A stretch of 64,000 nt of DNA from positions 66,183 to 130,182 of the IMG/VR virus record IMGVR_UViG_3300032607_000125, one strand, 5' to 3'. The notes under the pieces are model-generated. The model ran no database searches, was not told the DNA's origin, and was given only the letters and a program-made list of their open reading frames with translations. Shown here piece after piece: positions 18,810 to 28,763 of this stretch. This DNA is from a virus. Both the position numbers and the translations under genes were made by a program. The number at the start of each line of letters is the position of its first letter. Positions within the stretch are counted from its first letter, which is position 1.

Positions 18810-19993
18810 CCTTTAAACATGCAAGTATAGTTCCACTAATTGGTGGCGAAACACTTGGTCAAATGGCAGCATTTGGAACTAAACCAGATTACCTACTTTC
18901 ATATTCACCATTTAGTAGTAACGATTCACATCTTGTTAATCACTTAAAGGATGTTCCATATATCTTACTTGATCAGGGTGGAACTCATCCTCATTACGTA
19001 GATGTTGTTAATGCAGTTTGTCCATGCGCAGGATTATCTTCATTGTCTCCATCTGCAAATTCTGACTCAGCCGTTAACGATTGGTTGACAACTACTGCTA
19101 AGTATGTACTAGAAGAAATGAAACCAAAAGTTTTGTGGGGTGAAAATGCACCACGATTTGCCGGTGCAATGGGTAAACCAATCGTAGATAAACTTCATAA
19201 GCTTGCAAGCGACAATGGTTATACAATGTCAATCTATCGTACTAAGTCACTATTGCACGGCCTTAGTCAAGTTCGTGAACGTTCATTCTATTTCTTTTGG
19301 CAAGGTACAACCATTCCAATCTTTAATTACTTTGATCGCCCAAATAAAAAGATTGAAGATCTTCTAACTGAAGTGCCAAAAGACGCTACTCAGAACGAAG
19401 TTACAAATAAAAGAATCCCATCAAAAGATGATCCTTATTATCGTTATGTGCTAGAAGAACTTGAAGGCGGTATCACCCACGCAGAGTTTGCTTCTAAGAT
19501 CAATCTGTCATATGACATTCTTAATTACATTGAATCTAAGACTAACTATCTAGAGGTTAAGAAGTGGGCTGAAAAACAAGGTCTCACTAAAATGGCAGCT
19601 AAGTGCCAGGTGATGCATGACAAACTCGCCGCTGGTGGTAACATCATGAGACGTTCTTCTTATGTTCCAAAGAACTATAGCGGTGCATTCGTTGGACACC
19701 TTCCCATGAGTATGACTCATCCTGTAGAAGATAGGTATCTAACATATCGTGAATGTATGGCAATGATGGGATTGCCAAATGACTTTGAATTGTTAAGTCC
19801 TGCTAAGAATCTAAACCACATTTGTCAGAACGTACCAGTTGGAACTGCTACTGATATGGCTATGGAAGTTAAAGCATCGTTGGAGGGTAAGCGTGATAGA
19901 GTGAATGCTTCATTGCTTTATCAGTTTAACAACAATAAGACATATGAGATTCGAGACACTGAACCTATACAAAGTCTAGAAGAATTCTTCTAA
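18806..19993 (+). CDS. C5-cytosine DNA methyltransferase homologue with atypical motif I
   Basis: PC catalytic motif (CPCAGLS), ENAP, Q.RER, RYLT.RE...MG.P; no canonical FxGxG (IVPLIGGE instead). Confidence 0.75.
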   Translation: MTFKHASIVPLIGGETLGQMAAFGTKPDYLLSYSPFSSNDSHLVNHLKDVPYILLDQGGTHPHYVDVVNAVCPCAGLSSLSPSANSDSAVNDWLTTTAKYVLEEMKPKVLWGENAPRFAGAMGKPIVDKLHKLASDNGYTMSIYRTKSLLHGLSQVRERSFYFFWQGTTIPIFNYFDRPNKKIEDLLTEVPKDATQNEVTNKRIPSKDDPYYRYVLEELEGGITHAEFASKINLSYDILNYIESKTNYLEVKKWAEKQGLTKMAAKCQVMHDKLAAGGNIMRRSSYVPKNYSGAFVGHLPMSMTHPVEDRYLTYRECMAMMGLPNDFELLSPAKNLNHICQNVPVGTATDMAMEVKASLEGKRDRVNASLLYQFNNNKTYEIRDTEPIQSLEEFF

Positions 19994-19995
19994 TA

Positions 19996-20014
19996 AAATG
20001 CCCTTCGGGCATTT
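19996..20014 (+). terminator. Hairpin terminator
   Basis: aaatgcc-cttcg-ggcattt immediately after the stop codon. Confidence 0.65.
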
Positions 20015-20060
20015 GTAGTTTATAATAAATAGAATTAGAAACTTTATAAATGGAATAATC

Positions 20061-20972
20061 ATGACGGCGAATACGATACTATCAGACATTAACGAACTAT
20101 ATACTGGATATGTGTTGAATGGCAACAAATGGTATGACAGTGAAGCTCAACGCCAATATAATATTCGTGTAGGTCAAGCGCAACCAGATGAAGTTGCAGA
20201 TGCAATTGGTAAAGCTAAAGTCATGGCCGAAGAGTTTTTAAAATGGGCTAAAGCTAATAAGTATTCTAACAATGTAAAAGGTGTATGGTGGACAGCTAGA
20301 CCGGGATCTATGAGTTCTGCATTTGGTTCGCCAGTTGATCAAAAAAAGAATCCAACAGATATTTTAGTGCAGTTTACTTCTGGTCCAATTAATGGATTTT
20401 TAGGATTATCCGCAAAAGCTACTAAAGGCAGTGGCGATATTGGATTTAAGAATCCAGGTCTTGGCACAGTAGATAGAAATCTAGGACTTAAATTAGCAGA
20501 TGAATACGCTAATCAGAGCAAACAAACTATTGTTAAATTTGCTTTGCCAGAAGCGGCACAGGCTCGTAAAGAATATATTCGTAAGAATCCTGGTATTAAA
20601 AAACACACAGAAGCGATTGGTTCTAGTATATTATCTGCAATGAGAGATGAGATGTTAGTAAGATTAAATAAGTTTAATCAAAAAGATCTTATGAAGTATC
20701 TATTGACTGATTGGATGGATGCTGATATAGTATCTCCTCCATATGTTAAAGTTACTGGTCAAGGCAATAAGCAACCATATAAAGCAGTAGTAATGGATCC
20801 AACAGATAATGAGAAACTTAATGCATTATCTAAATATACAATTACATTAGAAAAAGTAGGTAATGAATCTATTGGTGTTAAAGCTGGCGCTAAAAAGATA
20901 ATGAAGATTCGATTTAAATTTGAATCCGAAAAGATGGCTTCTTCTGTTAAATTGTCTGGTGATCCTTGGTGA
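20061..20972 (+). CDS. Restriction-endonuclease-fold (PD-(D/E)XK-like) protein
   Basis: NPTDILVQF...GLSAK motif. Confidence 0.5.
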   Translation: MTANTILSDINELYTGYVLNGNKWYDSEAQRQYNIRVGQAQPDEVADAIGKAKVMAEEFLKWAKANKYSNNVKGVWWTARPGSMSSAFGSPVDQKKNPTDILVQFTSGPINGFLGLSAKATKGSGDIGFKNPGLGTVDRNLGLKLADEYANQSKQTIVKFALPEAAQARKEYIRKNPGIKKHTEAIGSSILSAMRDEMLVRLNKFNQKDLMKYLLTDWMDADIVSPPYVKVTGQGNKQPYKAVVMDPTDNEKLNALSKYTITLEKVGNESIGVKAGAKKIMKIRFKFESEKMASSVKLSGDPW

Positions 20973-21024
20973 AAGCCCTGTACAATAAATCTAATGTGTG
21001 GTATAATACTACTATAAAGACAAA

Positions 21025-22254
21025 ATGCTAAATCTAAAAGACTACCTTAAAGAAGAAAAGAATACGCACATGGAACACATTGAAGATTTGGTCTTCAATG
21101 AGGGCGTTACCGGTACTCGTAAAGCTATTAACTTTTTGCAAGACTTGCGTAATATGCTTGCTGGCAATAGTAAAAGTAAAGTCACTGCGACAGTTAAATG
21201 GGATGGCGCACCTGCAATCTTTGTTGGTGTAGATCCAACGGATGGAAAATTCTTTGTAGCAAAGAAGGGTATCTTCAATAAGAATCCAAAAGTCTACAAG
21301 ACAAACACAGAGATTGATGCTGATCTATCCGGCGAACTTGCTGCAAAGTTTAAAGTTGCTCTTAAAGAATTTGCAAAACTTGGTATTAAATCCGGTGTTT
21401 ATCAAGGTGACTTAATGTTCACTGATGATAAAAAGACTGAAACGATTGATGGCGAGAAGTATATCACTTTCCATCCAAACACCATTATGTATGCAGTTCC
21501 ATATGATTCGATTCTTGGCAAGAAGATTCGTTCTGCAAAGATCGGCGTGATTTGGCATACCACATATGTTGGCGATTCATTTGAATCAATGTCTGCTTCA
21601 TTTGGTAAGACTATTGTTGACAAGCTTAACGCTATTTCAAGTGTTTGGATGGATGACGCTAACTATAAAGACTATTCTGGTACTGCAACATTTACTGCTG
21701 CAGAAACTAAAGAAGTTACTACAATCTTATCACGTGCTGGCACTTTGTTTAATTCTATTAGCGCTCCAACGTTGAATGCTATTAGCAATGATGAAGACTT
21801 GCTAATGGTTGTTAAAACATTTGGCAACTCTAAGATTCGTAAAGGTGAAGTGATTACCAACACTAAAGCTCATGTACAAGAACTCTACCATTGGATTCAC
21901 GATAGATACGAAAAAGAAATAGAAAAGAAAAAGACTTTGGCTGGAAAGAAAACACAAGAACAGATGCGTAAGAAAATCCTAAGTTTCTTTGCTCATCATG
22001 ATCAGAATCAAATTGTCGCAATCTTTGATTTGGTTAATTTACTAGTTGAAGCAAAATCAATGATCATTGGTAAGATGAATCAGGCTGGCCACGTTAGCAC
22101 ATTTCTTAAGACTGCTAATGGTTTTAAAACAACCGGCGTTGAAGGATTTGTTGCAATAGATCACCTCACTGGCGGTGCTGTAAAGATTGTAGATCGTATG
22201 GAATTCAGCAATGCTAATTTTTCTGCTAACATTATTAAAGGATGGACAAAATGA
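21025..22254 (+). CDS. Conserved T4-like protein (DUF6267 type) with ligase-superfamily motifs
   Basis: KNTHMEHIED N-terminus; KWDG, QGD, EGFV, VKIVDR. Confidence 0.75.
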   Translation: MLNLKDYLKEEKNTHMEHIEDLVFNEGVTGTRKAINFLQDLRNMLAGNSKSKVTATVKWDGAPAIFVGVDPTDGKFFVAKKGIFNKNPKVYKTNTEIDADLSGELAAKFKVALKEFAKLGIKSGVYQGDLMFTDDKKTETIDGEKYITFHPNTIMYAVPYDSILGKKIRSAKIGVIWHTTYVGDSFESMSASFGKTIVDKLNAISSVWMDDANYKDYSGTATFTAAETKEVTTILSRAGTLFNSISAPTLNAISNDEDLLMVVKTFGNSKIRKGEVITNTKAHVQELYHWIHDRYEKEIEKKKTLAGKKTQEQMRKKILSFFAHHDQNQIVAIFDLVNLLVEAKSMIIGKMNQAGHVSTFLKTANGFKTTGVEGFVAIDHLTGGAVKIVDRMEFSNANFSANIIKGWTK

Positions 22255-22775
22255 TAGATTTTAAAACATACTTAGAAGAAAAGCGCGGGCTTTGGGATAA
22301 CATCCACGCTAAGCGTAAACGAATTGAAGCCGGTTCAGGCGAACGTATGCGTAAACCTGGCAGCAAAGGCGCTCCATCTGAAGCTGATCTAAAAGCAGCA
22401 AATGAACAGTTCGATCTTATTGAAGAAGTAGTAGAACAACTTGCCGAAGAACAAGGTATTGATTCAGAAACTATCTGGGAAACTCTCGAGTCAGTCGATG
22501 ATAATGAATTGTATGAATATGCTATTGACGCAAAAGGCCATAAGAGTTCTACTGGCGGCCTAACGCAAAAAGGTGTTGATGCGTACAATGCAAAGACTGG
22601 TGGTAACCTTAAGACTGCCGTAACAACTCCACCTTCTAAATTGAAGCCTGGTTCAAAAGCTGCTAATCGCCGTAAGTCTTTCTGTGCTAGAATGGGCGGA
22701 GTTGAAGGTCCAATGAAAGACGATAAAGGTCGTCCAACTCGTAAAGCATTGGCACTCAAGAAGTGGAACTGCTAA
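22251..22775 (+). CDS. Putative internal head protein (DUF6321-like C-terminus)
   Basis: MIDFKTYLEE; WDNIHAKRKRI; RRKSFCARM...ALKKWNC. Confidence 0.7.
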   Translation: MIDFKTYLEEKRGLWDNIHAKRKRIEAGSGERMRKPGSKGAPSEADLKAANEQFDLIEEVVEQLAEEQGIDSETIWETLESVDDNELYEYAIDAKGHKSSTGGLTQKGVDAYNAKTGGNLKTAVTTPPSKLKPGSKAANRRKSFCARMGGVEGPMKDDKGRPTRKALALKKWNC

Positions 22776-22921
22776 TGATTACGTTTAAAGATTGGTTAAA
22801 AGAAGAGAATACTCAAGGTGATGAGGGAACTGATAAGCTTACCAAGCATCGCAAGAAGCTTACGCCGGGCGAATTACCAATTACCGCAGAACCTCTTAAG
22901 AATTTTGAAATGTATAAATAA
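22775..22921 (+). CDS. Small putative internal head protein (48 aa), not in the ORF track
   Basis: MITFKDWLKEE...EGTDKLTKHRKKLTPGE; TAATG overlap. Confidence 0.65.
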   Translation: MITFKDWLKEENTQGDEGTDKLTKHRKKLTPGELPITAEPLKNFEMYK

Positions 22922-22950
22922 GAGTATAACAATTGTATTGATGGAACAAA

Positions 22951-25035
22951 ATGAAAAAACTAAGACAGGTCTTAAAAGAACTGCCATCTAGAAAAGTAGT
23001 ATTCGCATTTGGTCGCTTTCAGCCACCAACGACAGGGCACGAGTTGCTTGTTAATGCAGTCAAAAAGATCGCCTCCGCACAGAAGGCCGATCATGTCATC
23101 TTCGCTTCTCGAACAAATGACAAAAAATCAAACCCACTTCCAGTAGATCGTAAGGTATATTACCTTACGAGAATGTTTCCGCGAACTAACTTTGTTGCTG
23201 CTAATGATGAAATTCGCACATTCATTGAAGCTGCGAAGATGTTATCCGGCAAGTATAAAAATCTAGTCATGATTGCAGGTTCAGATAGAGTTCCTGAATA
23301 TACTAAGATCTTAAATAAATATAATGGCGATATATTTCACTTTGACACAGTTGAAGTAGTTTCAGCCGGCGAACGAGATCCAGATAGCGATAGCGCTACA
23401 GGAATGTCCGGTACTAAGATGCGTGAAGCTGCAGTCGCTGGCGATTTTAAAAAATTCAAAACAGGTCTACCACGTACACTAACTGATCTTGATGGCAAGC
23501 GTCTCATGAACGAGATTCGTCATGGCATGGGCATTGAAGCTGTTAAAGAACAAGTAAAGTTTGCAACTAATACTTTGCGTGAAAAGTATTACGCCGGCGA
23601 AATATTCAACATTGGTGATAAAGTAACTGATGGCAATAATGTATATGAGATTCTTGATCGTGGTTCTAACTATATCACCGTTGTCAATGAATCCGGCGCA
23701 ACAAGTAAAAAGTGGCTCGACGCAGTACAACCGATTGTAGTAGAAGACGTCAAACCTGGATATGATCCAAAGCAAATATCGTATAAGGGTTATACCACAA
23801 AGAATTTTGATAGATCAGAAGATGCTGCAAAAGCGTTTCAAGATACTATCAATAGAGATGGCGATCCAGTTGCAATTTTAAACGCAATCAAAGCAACTGA
23901 TACATATATGGGTCTTAATGATAAGCACCTAACTGGTGAAAAATTTACAGATCAAGAAAAAGAAACATGGATTGCAGCGCATGAAAAGGCTAGAGAGTCT
24001 TTAAACAGAGTCGGTGAATTTGCTCATCACCAAGATTACTGGCATATGCATCATAATGAATTAGAAGGCACATTAGTTCATTATGATGAAACTGGCAAAG
24101 AAGAAATGCGCGAACAAATAGAAAGAATAGAAGAAATGAAATTCTCACCATCGGATAAAATTAAAGTAGCTCGCATTATTGCCGGTTCACTTGGCGTAAA
24201 TAATGTAGACGACAAATCAGGTCCTGAAGGAATGGTTAATCAAGGTTTACGTACTATTAAAAATAAACGTATGACACCGGAAGCATGGGCTGTCATTAAA
24301 AACATGCTTACAATGGCGACAGATGCTGGTATTAAATTCGATGCTAATATCGTTGGCAAGAAAGTAGAAGAAGCTGTCGCTATTGCAGATAAAAATAAGA
24401 ACAACACTTCAGATCAAGAGGCATTGCAATCAGATATAGTTGCTAATGACAAAAGTAACGTTGGTCATACACTTGGCGGTACGAATGATTCTCATCGTAG
24501 AATGAAAATTAAATATTCACTTGGTGAAGAATCTGAAAGAGAAGAACTTGAAGATGAAGGTCTATCAGATGAAGAAATCGATAAGATGATTGAAGACTTA
24601 TCGGATGATGATTACTTAGAAGCATACGACGACGAAGAACTATCTGTTGTTGATGAAGACACTGGCGATCATATTAACGAGTTAAAGGAAGAAGAAATAA
24701 TTATGGAAGTTCTTTCGCGTGCTGAAAGAATTAGATCAAAAATTAGATTTGCTCGCTCATCATCAAAGCGCGAACGTAGAACCCGCATTGCTCTTAAGAC
24801 TAGATCTACTGGCAAAGTTATTAATGGAAGAGCCCGTAAAATGGCAATCATGGCAATGAAAAAGAGAATTGCAAAGAAACCATTGAATACATTGTCTATT
24901 GGCGAAAAAGAAAGAATCGAAAAGATTATCGCTCGTAGAAAAGCAGTCATCAATCGCATTGCAATGAAGATGGTTCCAAAAGTTCGCAAGATTGAGAACG
25001 ATAGATTAGTGCATAAGACATACACAAAAGGTTAA
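22951..25035 (+). CDS. Cytidylyltransferase-like (HxGH) nucleotidyltransferase with a long charged C-terminal extension
   Basis: FGRFQPPTTGH, AGSDR, MSGTKMR; acidic then basic tail. Confidence 0.8.
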   Translation: MKKLRQVLKELPSRKVVFAFGRFQPPTTGHELLVNAVKKIASAQKADHVIFASRTNDKKSNPLPVDRKVYYLTRMFPRTNFVAANDEIRTFIEAAKMLSGKYKNLVMIAGSDRVPEYTKILNKYNGDIFHFDTVEVVSAGERDPDSDSATGMSGTKMREAAVAGDFKKFKTGLPRTLTDLDGKRLMNEIRHGMGIEAVKEQVKFATNTLREKYYAGEIFNIGDKVTDGNNVYEILDRGSNYITVVNESGATSKKWLDAVQPIVVEDVKPGYDPKQISYKGYTTKNFDRSEDAAKAFQDTINRDGDPVAILNAIKATDTYMGLNDKHLTGEKFTDQEKETWIAAHEKARESLNRVGEFAHHQDYWHMHHNELEGTLVHYDETGKEEMREQIERIEEMKFSPSDKIKVARIIAGSLGVNNVDDKSGPEGMVNQGLRTIKNKRMTPEAWAVIKNMLTMATDAGIKFDANIVGKKVEEAVAIADKNKNNTSDQEALQSDIVANDKSNVGHTLGGTNDSHRRMKIKYSLGEESEREELEDEGLSDEEIDKMIEDLSDDDYLEAYDDEELSVVDEDTGDHINELKEEEIIMEVLSRAERIRSKIRFARSSSKRERRTRIALKTRSTGKVINGRARKMAIMAMKKRIAKKPLNTLSIGEKERIEKIIARRKAVINRIAMKMVPKVRKIENDRLVHKTYTKG

Positions 25036-25039
25036 TAAC

Positions 25040-25486
25040 ATGAATGGATTACTACCAGCGCTAAGAACATCATTGGCTAACACCTTTGTAATGTACTTCA
25101 AAACACAGGGCTTTCACTGGAATGTCGAAGGTATTCACTTTAGTCAATATCATAGTTTCTTTGGTGATCTTTATGATGACCTTTATGGAGCAGTAGATCC
25201 ATTAGCTGAAAATGTTAGAAAACTTGGAGAGTATGCTCCAAGAAGTCTTACTGAAATTTATAAGTATAGTACACTTACAGAGTCTGACCTCGTTGGAACC
25301 GACGTAAAAGAAATGCTAAATAGTTTACTAACAGACAATACTGAAGTACTTAATTCACTGAATAGAACATTTGCATTAGCAAATACCGCAAATGAACAAG
25401 GTCTTGCAGACTACATTGCAGCACGTATTGACGCACATAAGAAGCATGAATGGCAATTGCGTTCATCACTAAAGGGACAAGAATGA
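25040..25486 (+). CDS. dps: Dps/ferritin-like protein
   Basis: FHWNVEG..F..YH.FF..LY......D.LAE; H.KH.W.L. Confidence 0.9.
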   Translation: MNGLLPALRTSLANTFVMYFKTQGFHWNVEGIHFSQYHSFFGDLYDDLYGAVDPLAENVRKLGEYAPRSLTEIYKYSTLTESDLVGTDVKEMLNSLLTDNTEVLNSLNRTFALANTANEQGLADYIAARIDAHKKHEWQLRSSLKGQE

Positions 25487-27240
25487 GCACACTTAAAAAA
25501 ATCTTAGAACGTCGTGGCATGGGCAAACAACAATGTTGCCCAGATTGTGGAAGCCGCGTGCAAATGCAAGAAGGCGGTTGTCCAGATTGCGGTATTAATT
25601 ATGGATTAAGCATGGGCGCTAAAGATGCACCGGGCATGTCTGAAGCTAAAACAGAAAAAGAAGAACAACCCACATCTGATTTTAAATTAGACAAAGCTGG
25701 TAGAAAAATTAAAGCATCAAAAATTATCTTTAGTTCAGGTGAAGATGATTCAACAAAGAGAGTACAGGAAAATATGAAAACAGCATACAAAGATTTAGTT
25801 GGAGCATATTCTGCACTACGACTAGAATCTCTACAACTTGAAGATGAGATCAATGAAGTCTTATCTAAAGACGCTGCAGCTGGCGAATGGATTAGTGACT
25901 TTGTTCACAGTGATAATCCAAAGTTTGCCAGTAAGTCTAAAGAGAAGCGTAAACAGATGGCCCTTGCTGCTTATTATGCTAAGCAAAAGAATGAAGAAGT
26001 TGATATTGATGAAGGCACCGGATCACTTAAGCCGGGTTGGATGTTAAAGAAAGATTCAGAACTTGCTAAAAAAGTAAAAGCTAATCAAGATTTAAACAAA
26101 AAGCGTGAAGCATCTTACGGCGATAAAGAAGCTGGTAAATCTGTTAAAGAAGAAGTCATTGATGAACTATCAGTTGATACTTTAAAATCTTATGATAAAA
26201 AAGCTACAATGGATTATGCAGTAAAGCGCTTGGCTGGCGATGATGTTGAAAAACGCCGCGCTGGTGTTAAAAATGCTAGAGCAAAATTGGCTAAAGAAGA
26301 TCTCGAACTGGACGAAGTAGATGATGCTCTTAATAAGCGTAATGCAGCATTAGCCGCCTTTGATAAAAAATCAACAGCAGATTATTGGAAAAGTCATGCT
26401 GAACTAAAAAAACATGATCCTAGAACAGCAAAGCCTACTGACAAATCTGTTAAAGAAGACCTTGAACTAGCCGAAGCAGAAAAAGAATATAAGCCTTCCA
26501 CTGCTCAAATGGGCCATGCAGGTAAGACAACAATCAAGCATATTAAGAATCCAGACGTTACACAACGCATGGCAGCTCACGATGTAAAATCATATGCCGA
26601 TCGTATTGCTCTTCTTAAAGATGCAAAGCGCAAGGGCAACTTAAAGGAAGACGGCATGCAAGAATCAGTATTTGATTATAAGAATAATCCAAGAGAAACT
26701 AAAGACAAGACTAAAACATCGACATACCATGATGTGAAGAAAGTGTCTACTGGAACTGTTTACACTAAACAGTTTGACAAAGATGGTACTTCAAAAGGTA
26801 GTGGAGATGATGCTGCTAAGAAAGCTGAAGGCGCTGTAAAACGTGGTCGTGGGCGTCCAAAGAAAGATAGATTCGCAGAATCAGTTGAAATTCTTATGAG
26901 CCTATCTGAAGAACAATTTGACTCAATGATGGAAGAAGGCTTTGACGCATTCTTTGAAGCATACGAACAAATCGATGAGTTGTCTAAGGATACTCTAAAG
27001 TCATATGTTAAGAAAGCCGCTCACTCTGCATCTAATACTGGTGCTGAATTTGGTTCACGCCACGCAGCTGGTCAAGAAGTAGAACGTTTTGCTAATCGTC
27101 ACATGGCTGATAAGTTTGGTAATCAAGACAAAATGAAAGCAATGGTCGGCGCTTCCCAGAAAGAAGTTGAAGCTGCTCGTGAGAAAAGCATGAAACGTGT
27201 AAGCGGCATCAAACAAGCCGTTGACAAATTAACAAAATAA
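25483..27240 (+). CDS. Modular charged protein, putative internal head polyprotein
   Basis: CPxCG zinc knuckles, two DELSxDTLKSYxKKA repeats, AT-hook KRGRGRPKK, many hydrophobic-x-E sites. Confidence 0.65.
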   Translation: MSTLKKILERRGMGKQQCCPDCGSRVQMQEGGCPDCGINYGLSMGAKDAPGMSEAKTEKEEQPTSDFKLDKAGRKIKASKIIFSSGEDDSTKRVQENMKTAYKDLVGAYSALRLESLQLEDEINEVLSKDAAAGEWISDFVHSDNPKFASKSKEKRKQMALAAYYAKQKNEEVDIDEGTGSLKPGWMLKKDSELAKKVKANQDLNKKREASYGDKEAGKSVKEEVIDELSVDTLKSYDKKATMDYAVKRLAGDDVEKRRAGVKNARAKLAKEDLELDEVDDALNKRNAALAAFDKKSTADYWKSHAELKKHDPRTAKPTDKSVKEDLELAEAEKEYKPSTAQMGHAGKTTIKHIKNPDVTQRMAAHDVKSYADRIALLKDAKRKGNLKEDGMQESVFDYKNNPRETKDKTKTSTYHDVKKVSTGTVYTKQFDKDGTSKGSGDDAAKKAEGAVKRGRGRPKKDRFAESVEILMSLSEEQFDSMMEEGFDAFFEAYEQIDELSKDTLKSYVKKAAHSASNTGAEFGSRHAAGQEVERFANRHMADKFGNQDKMKAMVGASQKEVEAAREKSMKRVSGIKQAVDKLTK

Positions 27241-27257
27241 TTCAAGGAGAATAAAAA

Positions 27258-27821
27258 ATGGCACTATGGAATAAAACAGACGTTAGTGGAAGTAAGCCTA
27301 AGTATCTTAGCGCTGCTGATGCTGCAAAAACAGTATTCGTATCACGCGAAGAAGCATTGCTTAAAACAAATAAAGACAAAGGTATCACTAGCGCAGGTTG
27401 GTGGTTATTTAAAGAACATAAAGATAGCAGTGGTAAAACACGATATAAAGCAGAATGCCTTGTAGCTATGAGTGTTGCTAATGCAATCTCCGGTGACGAT
27501 GCAGATGATGCAATCGTTGCAGACGTTGAAATTACAATCACTATTGCTGCACAACCTACTGCTCAAACATCAGTAACTGGCGCAGCAACATTCGGTGTAA
27601 CTGCTTCAGTTAATACTGGTGCAGTTACATACCAATGGCAACGTGCTTTAGCAGCAACGCCAACACGCTTTGCTAATGTATCAGCAGCTACTTCAGCAAC
27701 TCTAACACTAAGTGGCGTTGCTGCTGGCGATACTGGTAACCTATATAGAGTCGTTCTAAGTTCTGATTCTGGCGCTGCTAAAGTTAATTCTACTTCAGCT
27801 GCATTGACTTTCGGTTCTTAA
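27258..27821 (+). CDS. Virion protein with a C-terminal Ig-like domain
   Basis: ITIAAQP...F.V.AS...TYQWQ...YRVVLS. Confidence 0.7.
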   Translation: MALWNKTDVSGSKPKYLSAADAAKTVFVSREEALLKTNKDKGITSAGWWLFKEHKDSSGKTRYKAECLVAMSVANAISGDDADDAIVADVEITITIAAQPTAQTSVTGAATFGVTASVNTGAVTYQWQRALAATPTRFANVSAATSATLTLSGVAAGDTGNLYRVVLSSDSGAAKVNSTSAALTFGS

Positions 27822-27826
27822 TAGAC

Positions 27827-27840
27827 TGGGCTTCGGCCCA
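27827..27840 (+). terminator. UUCG hairpin, probable terminator
   Basis: tgggc-ttcg-gccca after the stop codon. Confidence 0.5.
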
Positions 27841-27848
27841 TCTTAAAT

Positions 27849-28220
27849 ATGAAATTAAATGATGATAACTTTCTTCTATATGCAATGCACAACTATGATA
27901 ACATACAGTGCCAAACAATAGAAGAGTTTGAAGAAGATTTAAAGAAGCTTCTTTACATTAAGAAGCTTCTTTCCAGATATAAAAATGATAATGATTTAAG
28001 AGAAAGATTAATCTTAAATCATATCATAGTGTTATATAATGTTTTTGGTGATGCTTTCACTAATATGATTTTTTTCAAGATAGATGAAGAGCACTGGCCA
28101 GCATTGATAACATTCTTAGTATGCGTTAATCGTATGCCAGATCTAATAGAATCCTATGGGATTCGTTTGTCTGATATTGTTCTTGATCAGAACATTATAT
28201 CAGCGTTAAGGAAAATCTAA
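27849..28220 (+). CDS. Conserved T4-like hypothetical protein
   Basis: NFLLYAM..Y...ERLILNHII.LYNVFG. Confidence 0.8.
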   Translation: MKLNDDNFLLYAMHNYDNIQCQTIEEFEEDLKKLLYIKKLLSRYKNDNDLRERLILNHIIVLYNVFGDAFTNMIFFKIDEEHWPALITFLVCVNRMPDLIESYGIRLSDIVLDQNIISALRKI

Positions 28221-28221
28221 A

Positions 28222-28761
28222 ATGATTGACAATTTAATAGCATTCAGAATTCTGTATATGCTCGTTACATCATTCGATAAGACAGATGCGTTTAAACTTG
28301 GTATCATTGATGCTGAAGGTAATCCTCTTAAGAAAATTAAAGATCTTAAGACATCTGAAGAAAAGAACGCATATGACATGCTTGATCGTTTAGTGTTCTC
28401 ATTGAAGAAATTGCTTAGCAAATTGCCGGGTGGTAAGAGTAAACTTGCAAGTTTAGCTGCGGCATATTGGTTAGTTAAGGAGTCCTACGAGACTCAAGAA
28501 GTAGTGACACAAGAACAACTAAATAGTCTTGTAGACCTCATTGAATCAAATCAAATTGTATTAAAAGAACAAGCAAACATTCAGGGTTACCTAAGTCTTA
28601 CCGAAGAAGGTGAAGGCGGAATAGCTAATGTTTCTGGTGCTGCAACTTCAACAGATAAACCTGTTGTTAAATTAAATAAAAAGAATAAACCAGTGTCCGG
28701 CATAATTGGTACTCCTAATTATGTTGTACGTCGCAACAAAAAAATTACACCGATGGGATGA
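28222..28761 (+). CDS. Conserved T4-like hypothetical protein
   Basis: AFRILYML.T.F..TDAFKLGIID.EG. Confidence 0.75.
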   Translation: MIDNLIAFRILYMLVTSFDKTDAFKLGIIDAEGNPLKKIKDLKTSEEKNAYDMLDRLVFSLKKLLSKLPGGKSKLASLAAAYWLVKESYETQEVVTQEQLNSLVDLIESNQIVLKEQANIQGYLSLTEEGEGGIANVSGAATSTDKPVVKLNKKNKPVSGIIGTPNYVVRRNKKITPMG

Positions 28762-28763
28762 TC

